64,000 nucleotides of DNA from an uncultured delta proteobacterium (GCA_963785235.1 CAWAUM010000005.1:256001-320000), one strand, 5' to 3'. Numbered from the stretch's first letter, positions 1-10,156 are shown. The notes: a model not told the origin generated them from the sequence alone. Translations and numbers: made by a program.

Positions 1-56
1 CATTGTCATGGGTCGGGTTTACTAGAGCTTAGAACCCTTCAGAAACGCGAGAAAGG

Positions 57-97
57 TCCTTCGCTCCTGATAGGAACCTCATATCGGGGGCGAAGGA
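57..97. terminator. Hairpin downstream of the amidohydrolase gene (terminator or REP-like)
   Basis: Arms ccttcgctcctgata / tatcgggggcgaagg pair with G-U wobbles, about 45 bp past the amidohydrolase stop. Confidence 0.4.
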
Positions 98-139
98 TTC
101 TTGTATATCCTGTGATCAGCTGATCCCTTCTTTAATGGT

Positions 140-1327
140 TCATGAGTATTCAAGAAAATCAACGGCAATTGAAGCCAGCATCCTTAAGCCCACCTCAAGC
201 GCACGCTCATCGATGGAAAAACGTGGATTGTGGTGCGGCTGGTTCAGTGTCGGGTCTGTGCTTCCAGCGCCTAAAAAAAAGTAGCACCCTGGGACTTCGC
301 CTAGATAAAACGACATATCCTCACTTGCCATGGAAGGCGGCATCCAGATGACATTATCTTTATCAACTACGCCGGCTGCTATTCTCATGACCAGGTCAGT
401 CATGGCCGCATCATTTACGGTGACAGGATATCCCTGGGTATATTCCAGCTCAAAGCCTCCATCTTTCGACGATGTTATATCCCGGAGAAATATCTCCATA
501 ATGTCCTTGATGGATGCTCGGATGTTTTCGTCCAGGACCCTCACGGTGCCGGTGAGCTCCACCCTGTCGGTAACGATGTTGGGTGCCGTGCCTCCATGGA
601 AGGTGCCGATGTTGACGATGAACCGGCATCCTTCCGGCAGCGACTTTTCCATGTATGCCTGAAGATTCGAGACAACCTCGGCGCCCATGCCGATGGCATC
701 AACTGAGCCTCCCGGCATGGCGCTGTGGCCTGCACGGCCGAGTAACCGGATCGTGAAGATGTCTATGGACGCCATGAAGGCCCCTTTGCAGCAGCCGATA
801 TAACCATAAGGTAATGGACTTATGAGATGCAGGCCGAATGCAGCATCCACATCCGGGTCTTTCAGCACCCCTTGTTCGATCATGATTTTTGCGCCGCCGA
901 GATTTTCCTCTGCCGGCTGGAACACGAACTTGACCCGGCCTTTAAAGGAATCACGAAAACTGCTGAGCAGTTCTGCCGTACCGAGAAGGATTGCCATGTG
1001 ACCATCATGCCCGCACGCATGCATAACCCCCGGGGCGACAGAATGATAGTCTGTCTCATTCAGTTCCTGGATAGGTAATGCATCCATATCAGCCCTGAGC
1101 ATAACCGTTTTGCCCGGCGAGGCGCCATGGAGCAAACCGACAACCCCGGTGCCGGCGACACCTGTTGCCACCTCCAGGCCAAGCCCCTTGAGATATTCCG
1201 CAATGACCGAGGAGGTCCTTTTTTCCTCAAAACCCAGTTCCGGGTGCTGATGGAAATCCCTTCGAAGCCGGATTACTGTCTCTGAAAGGCGCGATGCCAT
1301 CTCGTGGATGGATGTCTGTGATATCAT
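140..1327 (-). CDS. M20D family amidohydrolase
   Basis: RRDFHQHPELGFEE, RADMDAL, MHACGHDGH, FQPAEE, SEDM and HHNPRF motifs. Confidence 0.92.
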   Translation of the reverse strand: MISQTSIHEMASRLSETVIRLRRDFHQHPELGFEEKRTSSVIAEYLKGLGLEVATGVAGTGVVGLLHGASPGKTVMLRADMDALPIQELNETDYHSVAPGVMHACGHDGHMAILLGTAELLSSFRDSFKGRVKFVFQPAEENLGGAKIMIEQGVLKDPDVDAAFGLHLISPLPYGYIGCCKGAFMASIDIFTIRLLGRAGHSAMPGGSVDAIGMGAEVVSNLQAYMEKSLPEGCRFIVNIGTFHGGTAPNIVTDRVELTGTVRVLDENIRASIKDIMEIFLRDITSSKDGGFELEYTQGYPVTVNDAAMTDLVMRIAAGVVDKDNVIWMPPSMASEDMSFYLGEVPGCYFFLGAGSTDPTLNQPHHNPRFSIDERALEVGLRMLASIAVDFLEYS

Positions 1328-1448
1328 CCTCGGATACCTCCGTCATATTCGTGCGAGCCCTCATGAAATCATTCAGTGCATTATACCTGCATCGGGTTCT
1401 CAAGCAAAGGGTTGGCATTTGAGAAAATAATTTTATAATAAGGATATC

Positions 1449-2987
1449 ATGAATGGAGCGGACCTGATTCTTATGGGAGCAAAAGCGAATGGGATCAACA
1501 TGTGCTTTGCCAATCCGGGGACTACCGAGATACCTCTTGTTGCCGCCCTTGATAATGTGAGCGATGTCCGCACAGTCCTGTGCCTGTATGAAGGCGTGTG
1601 TACAGGCGCAGCAGACGGCTATGCCAGGATGCTTGATAAACCGGCCATGGTATTGCTCCACCTGGGACCCGGACTCGCCAACGGGACGTCCAACCTGCAC
1701 AATGCCCGCAGGGCCCATACACCTATTGTTACTGTTGTAGGTCAGCATTCAACCTGGCACCTCCCGTTGGATCCACCCCTTGCCATGGACATTGAAGCGA
1801 TCGCATCAGCAACGGCCGGCTGGCAGCGCACCTGTCGTTCAACAGATGACCTGGGTAAGGACATGGCAGATGCGATCTCAGCGGCTTATGAAGGCCTGGG
1901 CGCAGTTTTGATCGTGCCATATGACCTGCAGATGGAAAAAACTCATGAGAAAGTAATCGAGCTGAAGGCACAGGGACTCCATGCTGTGGATCAGGCAAGG
2001 GTCGAAGATTCAGCCCGATTTTTACGCTCATATCCCAAAACAGCACTTGTTCTTGGCGGCAAAGTACTCAGGAGGGAAGGGCTCATAGCTGCCGCACGTA
2101 TCAAGGATAAAATTGGGTGTGATCTCCTGTGCGAAGGTTTCCCTGCCAGAATGGAAAGGGGTGCCGGCCTTCCTGATGTTACCCGGATACCCTATCTTCC
2201 GGAAACGGCCATGGAAGTGCTTGGTCATTACGAGGCATTCTTATTTGCTGGTGCTGATGAGCCTGTTGCATTTTTTGGTTACCAAGGTGTGCCGGGCCAT
2301 CTTCTCAATGACGGCCAGAAGAGATTGCATCTCGTGGAGCCACACAAAGATGCCACCAAGGCCATGATTTGTCTGGCTGATATCCTTGGGGCACCTGCGA
2401 CTCCAGCTGAAAATATTCTCACCAAACCAACAAGGCCTCCCATGCCGACAGGCGCCCTGAGCGGTGATAAGGCCTGCGCCGTGCTGGCTGCACTCCAACC
2501 GGAGTCCGCTATCGTGGTGGATGAGTCTATTACGAACAGCATCTGGTATTACCCCCTGACAGCCTCAGTGCCGCCTTTTTCTTTGCTCACGCTGACCGGA
2601 GGATCATTAGGACAGGGACCTGCCTGTGCAGTAGGGGCTGCCATGGCCTGTCCTGACAGGCCGGTAATCAATATACAGGCGGACGGATCAGCGATGTACA
2701 CCGTGCAGGCCTTCTGGACGCAGGCTCGCGAGCACCTGAATGTGACGACGCTCATTTTCTCGAACAGGAGTTACGACATCCTGAAATTGGAACTTGCACG
2801 CTTCGGAGTTCATGCATCAGGCCCGGCGGCTTCAAGGCTGACCGACCTTGCAGGCATAGACTGGGTTTGTCTCGGCAAGGCTTTTGGCGTGGCCTCTGTT
2901 GCAGTGAACACAGCCGAAGGGCTAGCAGCAGAATTTTCAAATGCACTTCACGAGGACGGTCCGCATCTGATCCAGATGAATATCTAG
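1449..2987 (+). CDS. ThDP-dependent enzyme, acetolactate synthase large subunit-like (PRK07586 type)
   Basis: FANPGTTE, GAADGYAR, LHLGPGLANG and ThDP motif ADGSAMY...FSN. Confidence 0.88.
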   Translation: MNGADLILMGAKANGINMCFANPGTTEIPLVAALDNVSDVRTVLCLYEGVCTGAADGYARMLDKPAMVLLHLGPGLANGTSNLHNARRAHTPIVTVVGQHSTWHLPLDPPLAMDIEAIASATAGWQRTCRSTDDLGKDMADAISAAYEGLGAVLIVPYDLQMEKTHEKVIELKAQGLHAVDQARVEDSARFLRSYPKTALVLGGKVLRREGLIAAARIKDKIGCDLLCEGFPARMERGAGLPDVTRIPYLPETAMEVLGHYEAFLFAGADEPVAFFGYQGVPGHLLNDGQKRLHLVEPHKDATKAMICLADILGAPATPAENILTKPTRPPMPTGALSGDKACAVLAALQPESAIVVDESITNSIWYYPLTASVPPFSLLTLTGGSLGQGPACAVGAAMACPDRPVINIQADGSAMYTVQAFWTQAREHLNVTTLIFSNRSYDILKLELARFGVHASGPAASRLTDLAGIDWVCLGKAFGVASVAVNTAEGLAAEFSNALHEDGPHLIQMNI

Positions 2988-3079
2988 TCCGGCATGTTCG
3001 AGCCCGCAATGATATGGGTATGCCGTACCAATCTTTAAACCTGAGCCTTTCACCTTTTCTTTATGTGTCTGATATGCTA

Positions 3080-3286
3080 CCCGGATTTTGCGTTGAGGAT
3101 GTGTAAAAACTTTATCCGTTAAAATCAGTCATCTTGCAGCCTTTAAGGACCGGGATAATTAGCATTCTCCTGAGGCTGCAAGATCACTGATTTTAACGGA
3201 CCTATGTAAAGACCATGAGTCCTATGCTTAAGCCATTCATGATGTGCACAGAGTGTTCATGAGCGCTTTCAATTGCAAAATCCGAA
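3080..3286 (-). mobile_element. MITE-like element, copy A
   Basis: Terminal inverted repeat cggattttgc (3082-3091) / gcaaaatccg (3275-3284); internal long hairpin 3114-3200; aligns with copies at 9.5 kb and 45.5 kb. Confidence 0.65.
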
Positions 3287-3568
3287 TTTAACAGGACCTG
3301 TCTTGATGGCGCAGGATACCTCCAGCGCATTTGTTGATGGCGTATCTTTTTCGCCAGGGGCATGAAAAGTTCCTATGCTCACCGCATCGAGCTGCCACGG
3401 CAGGGCTTTCTCTCCACTCTTGTCTTTCATCTGACAGCTTGATATGGCCCCAGCGTTCATCAATGAAGCAGTAAAAGTCGTACAACCATTATTGAATGAA
3501 CTGAACAGAAGGATCAGGAACATGACGACACCGATGAATATACCCATGACCAGATACGTTGACCGCAT
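3269..3568 (-). CDS. Small membrane-anchored hypothetical protein (4 Cys), divergent from WYL
   Basis: GGAGG RBS before ATG; N-terminal hydrophobic helix; stop lies inside the MITE-like end. Confidence 0.55.
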   Translation of the reverse strand: MRSTYLVMGIFIGVVMFLILLFSSFNNGCTTFTASLMNAGAISSCQMKDKSGEKALPWQLDAVSIGTFHAPGEKDTPSTNALEVSCAIKTGPVKFGFCN

Positions 3569-3615
3569 AACTGTTACCTCCTTCCCTTAGGCTTGTAAGG
3601 ATGATACCATGGCAT

Positions 3616-3634
3616 CGTTCCATATTACGGAATG
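3616..3634. promoter_or_regulatory. Imperfect palindrome, candidate WYL operator
   Basis: cGTTCC-atattac-GGAATg in the 90-bp divergent intergenic region. Confidence 0.35.
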
Positions 3635-3658
3635 TGAAACTCACAAGAGGAAAATAAT

Positions 3659-4669
3659 ATGCCTGATAAAATAAGCCCTTACGCATCCTATGGGGAAAAG
3701 ATCATCAAGCTTTTTGCAAAACTTCTTTTCTCGGGCCAGAGTTACTCTCTTACAGAACTGAGCCGCATGCTGGTGTGTTCAAAGCAGACCGTGCTCAGGC
3801 TCATGGATGATATCCGCCGTTCCTATGGAGTGGAGATCGAAGAGACCGTTCTCGAGAGGAACAAATACTACCGGCTCAAGAAGGCAGGCAAGGTGCCGCC
3901 GGCGCTGGCACTCACAGGCAGTGAAATGAGTGTGCTGCTCATGTGCCAGGCATTCGCTCGACACCTCTTGGGCAGTGCGCTGTTTGAGGAGGCATCTACG
4001 GCATTAGAGAAAAACCGGGCACTCTCAGGCCCGACACCCGATAACACGGAGCATCATTTCACCTCTTACAAACCCGGCAGCATTGACTATACACCTCATG
4101 AGGAAAGCATCAAGACACTGCTCAAGGCCATGGAGCACAGAACGATATGCAAGGTGATCTACCGCTCTCTCTTATCCATCAAGTCCAAGACCTTTCTTAT
4201 TATGCCCCTGAAGATTTTTTCTCACAACGACTCCATGTATCTCAGCGCAAGGTTTGCAGGTAAACCGGGAAAGCCCGATACCAGGCGCGAGTATGACCCG
4301 CTCCTTGCCGTGCACAGGTTGAAGATGGTTGAGATGACTGATCGGTCCTTCGAGTTTCCCACAGACTACGACTTTGAGCAGATCTACAACCGCAACTTCG
4401 GCATCATTAAGGACAGTGCCTTTCATGCTGAGGTCGAGTTCACCGGACTATCGGCCAGATATGTAGCTGAGCGGATGTGGAGCCCTGACCAGCGTATTCT
4501 TCGGGTTGATGACTCAACCATAAGGATAACATTCTCTGCGTCCTCGGATAAAGAACTGATCTCCTGGCTGTTGTCTTTTGGAGAGGAGGCAAGGCTTATC
4601 GAACCTCAAAGACTTGTTGACAGTACAAAGGCAATGCTTATGAAGATGGAAGCTCTTTATACAAGTTGA
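3659..4669 (+). CDS. WYL domain transcriptional regulator (wHTH-WYL-WCX)
   Basis: N-terminal HTH (LTELSRMLVCSKQTVLRLMDDI), PLKIFSHNDSMYL, C-terminal ELISWLLSFG..ARLIEP. Confidence 0.88.
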   Translation: MPDKISPYASYGEKIIKLFAKLLFSGQSYSLTELSRMLVCSKQTVLRLMDDIRRSYGVEIEETVLERNKYYRLKKAGKVPPALALTGSEMSVLLMCQAFARHLLGSALFEEASTALEKNRALSGPTPDNTEHHFTSYKPGSIDYTPHEESIKTLLKAMEHRTICKVIYRSLLSIKSKTFLIMPLKIFSHNDSMYLSARFAGKPGKPDTRREYDPLLAVHRLKMVEMTDRSFEFPTDYDFEQIYNRNFGIIKDSAFHAEVEFTGLSARYVAERMWSPDQRILRVDDSTIRITFSASSDKELISWLLSFGEEARLIEPQRLVDSTKAMLMKMEALYTS

Positions 4670-4755
4670 TCAAGTCAGAGCTGATGATAAATCCGGATGT
4701 TGTATGTAAGATGTGTAAAAACCTGATCTGTTCAAAACCAAATGCAAAATCCCGT

Positions 4756-5637
4756 TTAACTGGTAATAAACTCCACAATCAGACGATTGACCGCCTCGGG
4801 GCACTCCTCATGCGCGGAATGACCGCAATCTCTGATAATCTCCACCTTGAGATTTTTCAATTTTTCCCTGAACCGGTTTACAAGCCCCACATCCAGATAA
4901 CGATCCTGCTCACCCCAGATGAGAAGGGCTTGATTTCCAAGCTCTCCCAGGTGCCTGTCAACCTCTGCCCAGGAAAGATTGCGGGCAAGCAAAGCCTGTG
5001 CATGGCGATTGGCGGGTATTTTAAGCGGCAGGTGCACTTCAAGGGCCATGGCATCATCTACAATGCCCTTTTTGAAAAAAGAAAGTTCCAGCCTCGTTTT
5101 AATCAGATCAAGGGTAAGGAATCTCAGGAGCAGGTTCCCTACAATGGGCATCTTCAGGATTTCCCATTCAAAGACATCCGGAACATCCAGACCGCTGGAG
5201 TTGATGAGTACTATCTGGTCTACCCTCTCGGGATATGCCAGTGCATAGGCCAAGGCCCAGCCCCCGCCCCATGAATGACCCACGAGGGTCGCCTTGTCCA
5301 TGTGCAGCGCATCCATGAATTCCTTTAAGGCCAGAGGCATGGTGTCAGTCCCCATGCCAAGAGAAGGGTCGGTTATGCTGGTGTAGCCGTACCCGGGCAT
5401 ATCAAGGGCATGCACGGAAGAGATCTTTGATAGAGGCACGAGATTGTGCCTGAAGGAATAGAGCCACATCCCTCCACCATGAATAAGGATTATCGGTTTT
5501 CCTGAACCGGCATGGAGGTAGTGAAAGAGGAAATTCCTTGTTTTAAGAAATTGAGATGCATTTGCCTGAAGGTAGTTTGACCGGTTCATGATCCGCTTAG
5601 TGTGGCTGTCCATATGTAGTTTATACCCACCTTGCAT
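4756..5637 (-). CDS. Alpha/beta fold hydrolase
   Basis: LIHGGG, DMPGYG, nucleophile elbow GHSWGG, WGEQD, CGHSAHEE; true start may be downstream. Confidence 0.88.
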   Translation of the reverse strand: MQGGYKLHMDSHTKRIMNRSNYLQANASQFLKTRNFLFHYLHAGSGKPIILIHGGGMWLYSFRHNLVPLSKISSVHALDMPGYGYTSITDPSLGMGTDTMPLALKEFMDALHMDKATLVGHSWGGGWALAYALAYPERVDQIVLINSSGLDVPDVFEWEILKMPIVGNLLLRFLTLDLIKTRLELSFFKKGIVDDAMALEVHLPLKIPANRHAQALLARNLSWAEVDRHLGELGNQALLIWGEQDRYLDVGLVNRFREKLKNLKVEIIRDCGHSAHEECPEAVNRLIVEFITS

Positions 5638-5704
5638 CAGGCATCATAATACATCATTTGGTTTAAAAAATATCTGTAAGACCTTGACAGGAGATTGTAG
5701 TTTC

Positions 5705-5721
5705 GTATTACATGGTAATAC
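5705..5721. promoter_or_regulatory. Perfect inverted repeat, candidate operator of the Zn-uptake operon
   Basis: GTATTAC-atg-GTAATAC ending 26 bp upstream of the RHH regulator ATG. Confidence 0.55.
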
Positions 5722-5747
5722 CATTGCGGTGCAGGAGGTTCTCATCT

Positions 5748-6017
5748 ATGAAAAAACCCGGGATAATCACCTTTAAGGTTGATGAAGGATTCTATGAAGT
5801 GATCAGAAACATGCCCAACAGATCAGAATTCATAAGGAATGCGGTATTGACCGCACTCGGGAATATCTGCCCGCTCTGCAATGGCACGGGGATCCTTTCG
5901 GCAAAGCAGAAGCAGCACTGGGATGACTTCGCAACAAACCATAAGATTCAGACCTGCAATGAGTGCCAGGAAAGTTACCTGGTGTGCGGGGGGCAGCAGG
6001 TAGGGAACATTGGATAA
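5748..6017 (+). CDS. CopG/RHH-type regulator with Cys-rich putative Zn-binding domain
   Basis: IITFKVD...NRSEFIRNAV RHH pattern; CPLC and CNEC motifs; AGGAGG RBS; overlaps znuA start. Confidence 0.75.
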   Translation: MKKPGIITFKVDEGFYEVIRNMPNRSEFIRNAVLTALGNICPLCNGTGILSAKQKQHWDDFATNHKIQTCNECQESYLVCGGQQVGNIG

Positions 6018-6951
6018 AAAAATAATATCCTTTATAATCATACTACTGGCCTTGGGTGCCCTTGTTTACCTTGTTGCGCTCAGGAATTCCAAACCGGCAG
6101 AGAAAGCGCCTTCACTTAAGATCAAGGTTGTGACCACGCTCTTCCCGCTCTATGATTTTGCGAAGAATATCGGCAGGGAAAAGGTGGAAGTTTCACTGTT
6201 GCTGCCCCCCGGGGTAGAGGCCCATTCCTTTGAACCGAAACCGAGCGACCTGGTCAGGGTTAACGAAGCGGATGTTTTCATCTACACGGGAAAATTCATG
6301 GAACCCTGGGCTGAGGATATTATCAGGAGCGCTACCAATAGAAATCTTATTATAGTCGATTCCAGTCAAGGGATTAAGATGATCCCCGGTGTGTTTCATG
6401 ATGCCGATGAACCGGCTGGATCGCTTGACCCGCACATCTGGCTTGATTTTGATAATGCGAAAATAATAGTTGGTAATATTCTACATGCCCTGGTAACCAA
6501 AGACCCCGCAAACATAAATAGGTATAAACAGAACTCGGATGATTACTGCAAGAAGCTGACAGACCTGGATTCTTCTTATAAGACCGCCCTCGCTTCATGC
6601 AAAAACAATGAGATCGTTTACGGGGGCCATTATGCCTTCGGCTACCTGGCCCATCGCTACGCCTTGAAATATCTGGCCGCACAAGGGTTTTCGCCGGATG
6701 CCGAACCAACTGCCAAGGACCTGTCCAAGCTGGTGGAGCAGATCAGAAAAGACAACATAAGGTATGTTTTTTTCGAAGAGCTCACCAGCCCAAAGATTGC
6801 AGAAACTGTTGCCAATGAAACCAACACCAAATTGCTGCTGCTCAATGCTGCCCATAATGTCACCAGAGATCAGTTTGTGCAAGGAGCCTCTTTCCTTGAT
6901 ATTATGAAAGGCAATCTTGATAATCTTAAAGTTGGTCTAGGATGCCCATAA
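6010..6951 (+). CDS. znuA: Zn/Mn ABC transporter substrate-binding protein
   Basis: EAHSFEP, DPHIWL, HYAFGY, AEPT motifs. Confidence 0.88.
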   Translation: MDKKIISFIIILLALGALVYLVALRNSKPAEKAPSLKIKVVTTLFPLYDFAKNIGREKVEVSLLLPPGVEAHSFEPKPSDLVRVNEADVFIYTGKFMEPWAEDIIRSATNRNLIIVDSSQGIKMIPGVFHDADEPAGSLDPHIWLDFDNAKIIVGNILHALVTKDPANINRYKQNSDDYCKKLTDLDSSYKTALASCKNNEIVYGGHYAFGYLAHRYALKYLAAQGFSPDAEPTAKDLSKLVEQIRKDNIRYVFFEELTSPKIAETVANETNTKLLLLNAAHNVTRDQFVQGASFLDIMKGNLDNLKVGLGCP

Positions 6952-6952
6952 T

Positions 6953-7705
6953 ATGAATCACATCTTATCAGTACATAATTTATGTGCAGGCTATGGGCAG
7001 GGTGAAGTACTGCACAACATTTCTTTTGCCGTGGATAAAAATGACTATATCGCCCTGGCAGGACCGAACGGCGCAGGCAAGACCACCCTTGTAAAAACAC
7101 TCCTGGGCCTCACGGACAGATATACGGGCACGGCAGAGATATTCGGCCGGGATATCAGGGGATATGAAGGGTGGGACCGTATCGGGTACCTGCCCCAGAG
7201 GGTGAATGCCTTTAACCAGCTTTTTCCTGCCACGGTTAAAGAGGTGGTCGGCCTGGGGTTATTATCACAGAAGCGCTTCCCAAAAAGATTCACCAGGGAT
7301 GATGTGACGAAAATCAAACAGACGCTTGATCTGATGGATCTGGCTGATCTTCAGGACAAGATCATCGGCGAACTTTCGGGCGGCCAGCAGCAGAGGATAT
7401 TCCTTGCCCGGTCCCTGGTGTCCAACCCTGATCTCCTCATTCTGGACGAACCCAGCACTGCCCTGGACCCGCCATCCCGAGAAAGTTTCTTCGAGCTTTT
7501 GAAAAAATTAAACATGAGCAAAGGGATTACAATCATCCTTATAACGCATGACATTTCCCAGATAGGAGAATATGCCAATAAACTATTATATCTAGATAAA
7601 AAGATTGTGTTCTATGGGAGCTTTGCCGACTTCTGCCATTCAGAGGAAATGAGCCATTACTTCGGACGGTTTTCTCAACACCTGATCTGCCACCAGCATA
7701 ACTGA
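6953..7705 (+). CDS. znuC: Zn/Mn ABC transporter ATPase
   Basis: GPNGAGKT, LSGGQQQR, LDEP, THD; C-terminal HLICHQH. Confidence 0.9.
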   Translation: MNHILSVHNLCAGYGQGEVLHNISFAVDKNDYIALAGPNGAGKTTLVKTLLGLTDRYTGTAEIFGRDIRGYEGWDRIGYLPQRVNAFNQLFPATVKEVVGLGLLSQKRFPKRFTRDDVTKIKQTLDLMDLADLQDKIIGELSGGQQQRIFLARSLVSNPDLLILDEPSTALDPPSRESFFELLKKLNMSKGITIILITHDISQIGEYANKLLYLDKKIVFYGSFADFCHSEEMSHYFGRFSQHLICHQHN

Positions 7706-7706
7706 A

Positions 7707-8519
7707 ATGACATTCCTTCATTTTCTCAGCTACACATTCATCCAGAAGGCATATCTTGCCGGGGCCTCTATTGCCGTGCTCTGCGCCATTCTTGGTCTTT
7801 TCCTTGTACTCAGGAAATTATCCTTGATCGGTGACGGCCTTGCCCATGTCAGTTTCGGGGCCATTGCACTCGGGCTATTTTTCGGGTTTTACCCTTTCTA
7901 CGTGGCGATCCCGGTGGTCCTCGCCGGTTCCTATTTCATCCTGCGGCTGACCGAGAGGGCAAAGATCTATGGCGATGCCGCCATCGGTATTGTATCTTCC
8001 ATAGGGATTGCAAGCGGTGTTATCCTGGCAAGCATTTCAAAAGGATTCAATGTTGATTTGTTCAGCTACTTGTTCGGCAATATACTGGCAATCAGCACCC
8101 AGGAGGTTTATTTATCCCTGGGACTGTCTATCGTAGTGGTGCTGATAATTTTATTGCTTTACAACGATCTTCTTTCAGTCACCTTTGATGAAGAATTTGC
8201 CAAGCTCACCGGGGTAAAAACAGATCGTATTAATCTGGTCTTAACCTTTCTTACCGCCATAACGGTTGTCCTGGCAATCAAGGTAGTCGGCATCATGCTG
8301 GTTTCCGCCTTGCTCATCCTGCCGGCAGTTACCGCCCTGCAGCTGGCCAGGGGTTTCAAGGCTGCAATGCTCATCTCCACTATGGATGCTTTTCTCTCAG
8401 TATTGTTCGGGATAACACTCTCTTTCTTTTTGGATATCCCGGCAGGTGCCACGATTGTTTTGATTAATGCTGCCTTTTTTGCAATAGCTCTATTGTACAA
8501 AAAGTCCATGAAGGTGTAG
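7707..8519 (+). CDS. znuB: Zn/Mn ABC transporter permease
   Basis: GDGLAHVSF, SYLFGNIL, FDEEFA, GIMLVSALL, PAGATIV. Confidence 0.9.
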   Translation: MTFLHFLSYTFIQKAYLAGASIAVLCAILGLFLVLRKLSLIGDGLAHVSFGAIALGLFFGFYPFYVAIPVVLAGSYFILRLTERAKIYGDAAIGIVSSIGIASGVILASISKGFNVDLFSYLFGNILAISTQEVYLSLGLSIVVVLIILLLYNDLLSVTFDEEFAKLTGVKTDRINLVLTFLTAITVVLAIKVVGIMLVSALLILPAVTALQLARGFKAAMLISTMDAFLSVLFGITLSFFLDIPAGATIVLINAAFFAIALLYKKSMKV

Positions 8520-8567
8520 ATTCAATGCATAGATTTACCGTACTGAAATAGCTTTAGAATTCCTTCT

Positions 8568-9479
8568 TTGAGGGATAAACCACAAATGAAGAATAAGACT
8601 TCTATCTTGACGGTAATTCAAGTGATTCTCTTCATTTCGGCATGGTCTTGCCTAGTAGCCTTTGTGCCACAGAACAGCAGGTCGGCATCGCAGGGAAGCT
8701 CCATGATCACCATCGGCAGCGATGTTGTGGTCAATGAGGGAGTGGAGGTGAACAAGGCAATATCCTTCGGAGGCAATGTCAAAGTATATGGGCATGTAAG
8801 GAGAGATGCAGTGTCCGTAGGAGGGTCGGTCTACCTCGGGCCGGACTCGTCTGTAGAGGGAAATGTCATATCCATCGGCGGCACTGTGGAGCGGGAACCA
8901 GGATCGCGTGTGGGCGGCGAAGTGACTATTGTTGATGCCACAGGTTTGAGATCATGGTTATCCTGGTTGCCGAGACAGGCAGTAACCGGCATTAAAGAGC
9001 TATGGGAAAATATTGGATGGCCGTCATCTCTGGCATTCGTCTTGGTTGCGCTCCTGATTGTAGCAGCGATGCCTGCGGGCATAGGTTCAATATCCTTCCA
9101 GCTCGAGAATAACACTGCCCGTGCAATCCTTACGGGCGTTATCGGCTCAATCCTCATCTTCCCCATCGTGTTCTTTCTTTTCATATCCATAGCTGGAATC
9201 GTCATGATCCCGGTCTTGATGATGCTCTTCAGCTGCGCCTTGATATTAGGCTACATAGCTGTGGCCCAACTCATAGGAAAAAGAATTACTATCTTAGTGA
9301 ATAAGCCGGACAGGCATATTCTTGTTGAAACAATCATCGGCCTTGCAGCCCTTTTAGCCATAGGCCTTATACCCCTTGCAGGGTGGTTTATTAAGGGCTC
9401 GGCGATGTTCCTGGGCTTTGGGGGAGTGATGAGTGCACTCACAACGGGACATAGGAAGAACCAGTCAGCAATGAATTGA
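8568..9479 (+). CDS. Membrane protein with N-terminal beta-helix (bactofilin-like) repeats
   Basis: Signal-like N-terminus, GGxV repeats, several C-terminal TM helices; start may be 8586. Confidence 0.7.
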   Translation: MRDKPQMKNKTSILTVIQVILFISAWSCLVAFVPQNSRSASQGSSMITIGSDVVVNEGVEVNKAISFGGNVKVYGHVRRDAVSVGGSVYLGPDSSVEGNVISIGGTVEREPGSRVGGEVTIVDATGLRSWLSWLPRQAVTGIKELWENIGWPSSLAFVLVALLIVAAMPAGIGSISFQLENNTARAILTGVIGSILIFPIVFFLFISIAGIVMIPVLMMLFSCALILGYIAVAQLIGKRITILVNKPDRHILVETIIGLAALLAIGLIPLAGWFIKGSAMFLGFGGVMSALTTGHRKNQSAMN

Positions 9480-9496
9480 AAGGTTGCAGGTCAGGT

Positions 9497-9645
9497 GGCC
9501 TTAAGCATAAAACTCATAGTGATCATAGAATTGATTTTTAAACAGGTCCGTTCAAACCACAATCTTGCAGCCATCAAGACCGATAAAATCATTGCTCAAC
9601 AAAGGCTGCAAGATTGTGGTTTTGAATGGATTAGGTTTTTACTCC
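9497..9645 (+). mobile_element. MITE-like element, copy B (partial)
   Basis: Leader ttaagcataaaactcatagt, hairpin tccgttcaaaccacaatcttgcagcc-N31-ggctgcaagattgtggttttgaatgga, tail ggtttttac. Confidence 0.6.
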
Positions 9646-9667
9646 TCATAAACGCGAACGTATAAAC

Positions 9668-10054
9668 TTATTCCCCTGATCCTATCAGCGGCAGCACCTT
9701 GTCTATCCTGAACGTGACGAGATATTTATTTTCTATGTAGTTTTCATCATGAACAATATAGTGTTTATTCCTCCTGAGGGTATTGATTAAATCGGTATTC
9801 ATTTCCTCTTTGATCTTGGTAATGTAGAGTCTCTTCCCTATATATTTATCGCCATTTTCCATATACAGATATGTTGCATGGGGGTTCGTCTTCAGGTTAT
9901 CGTGTGAAAGCTTTTCGGACATTATGAATGAAACAGTATCTTCATTCATGAAGTGCGGCCGGGCATACACCGCGGCGTTTACATATCCTGATGAATCGGC
10001 TGTTGCCAGTACACCTTTTCCTTTGATGTTCTCAAAATATTCTGAAAGTTTCAT
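9668..10054 (-). CDS. Pyridoxamine 5'-phosphate oxidase-like FMN-binding protein
   Basis: GVLATAD..G.VNAAVYARPH, NLKTNPHATYL, C-terminal VLPLIG; AGGAG RBS before MKLSEYF. Confidence 0.82.
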   Translation of the reverse strand: MKLSEYFENIKGKGVLATADSSGYVNAAVYARPHFMNEDTVSFIMSEKLSHDNLKTNPHATYLYMENGDKYIGKRLYITKIKEEMNTDLINTLRRNKHYIVHDENYIENKYLVTFRIDKVLPLIGSGE

Positions 10055-10156
10055 TTTAAAACTCCTTTCATGTTTTATCTCTATAAAATAGGGGTTTGTA
10101 ATGCGAAAATCAAATAGGTGTATGGTTTTTACACTTCCTATACACAAAATTGGGTT

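Noticed and set aside
3114-3200. Long hairpins as CRISPR repeat-spacer units or attC sites
   Set aside because: The arms are inverted and dispersed rather than direct and tandem, and the ends read GTT...AAC, the reverse of attC polarity.
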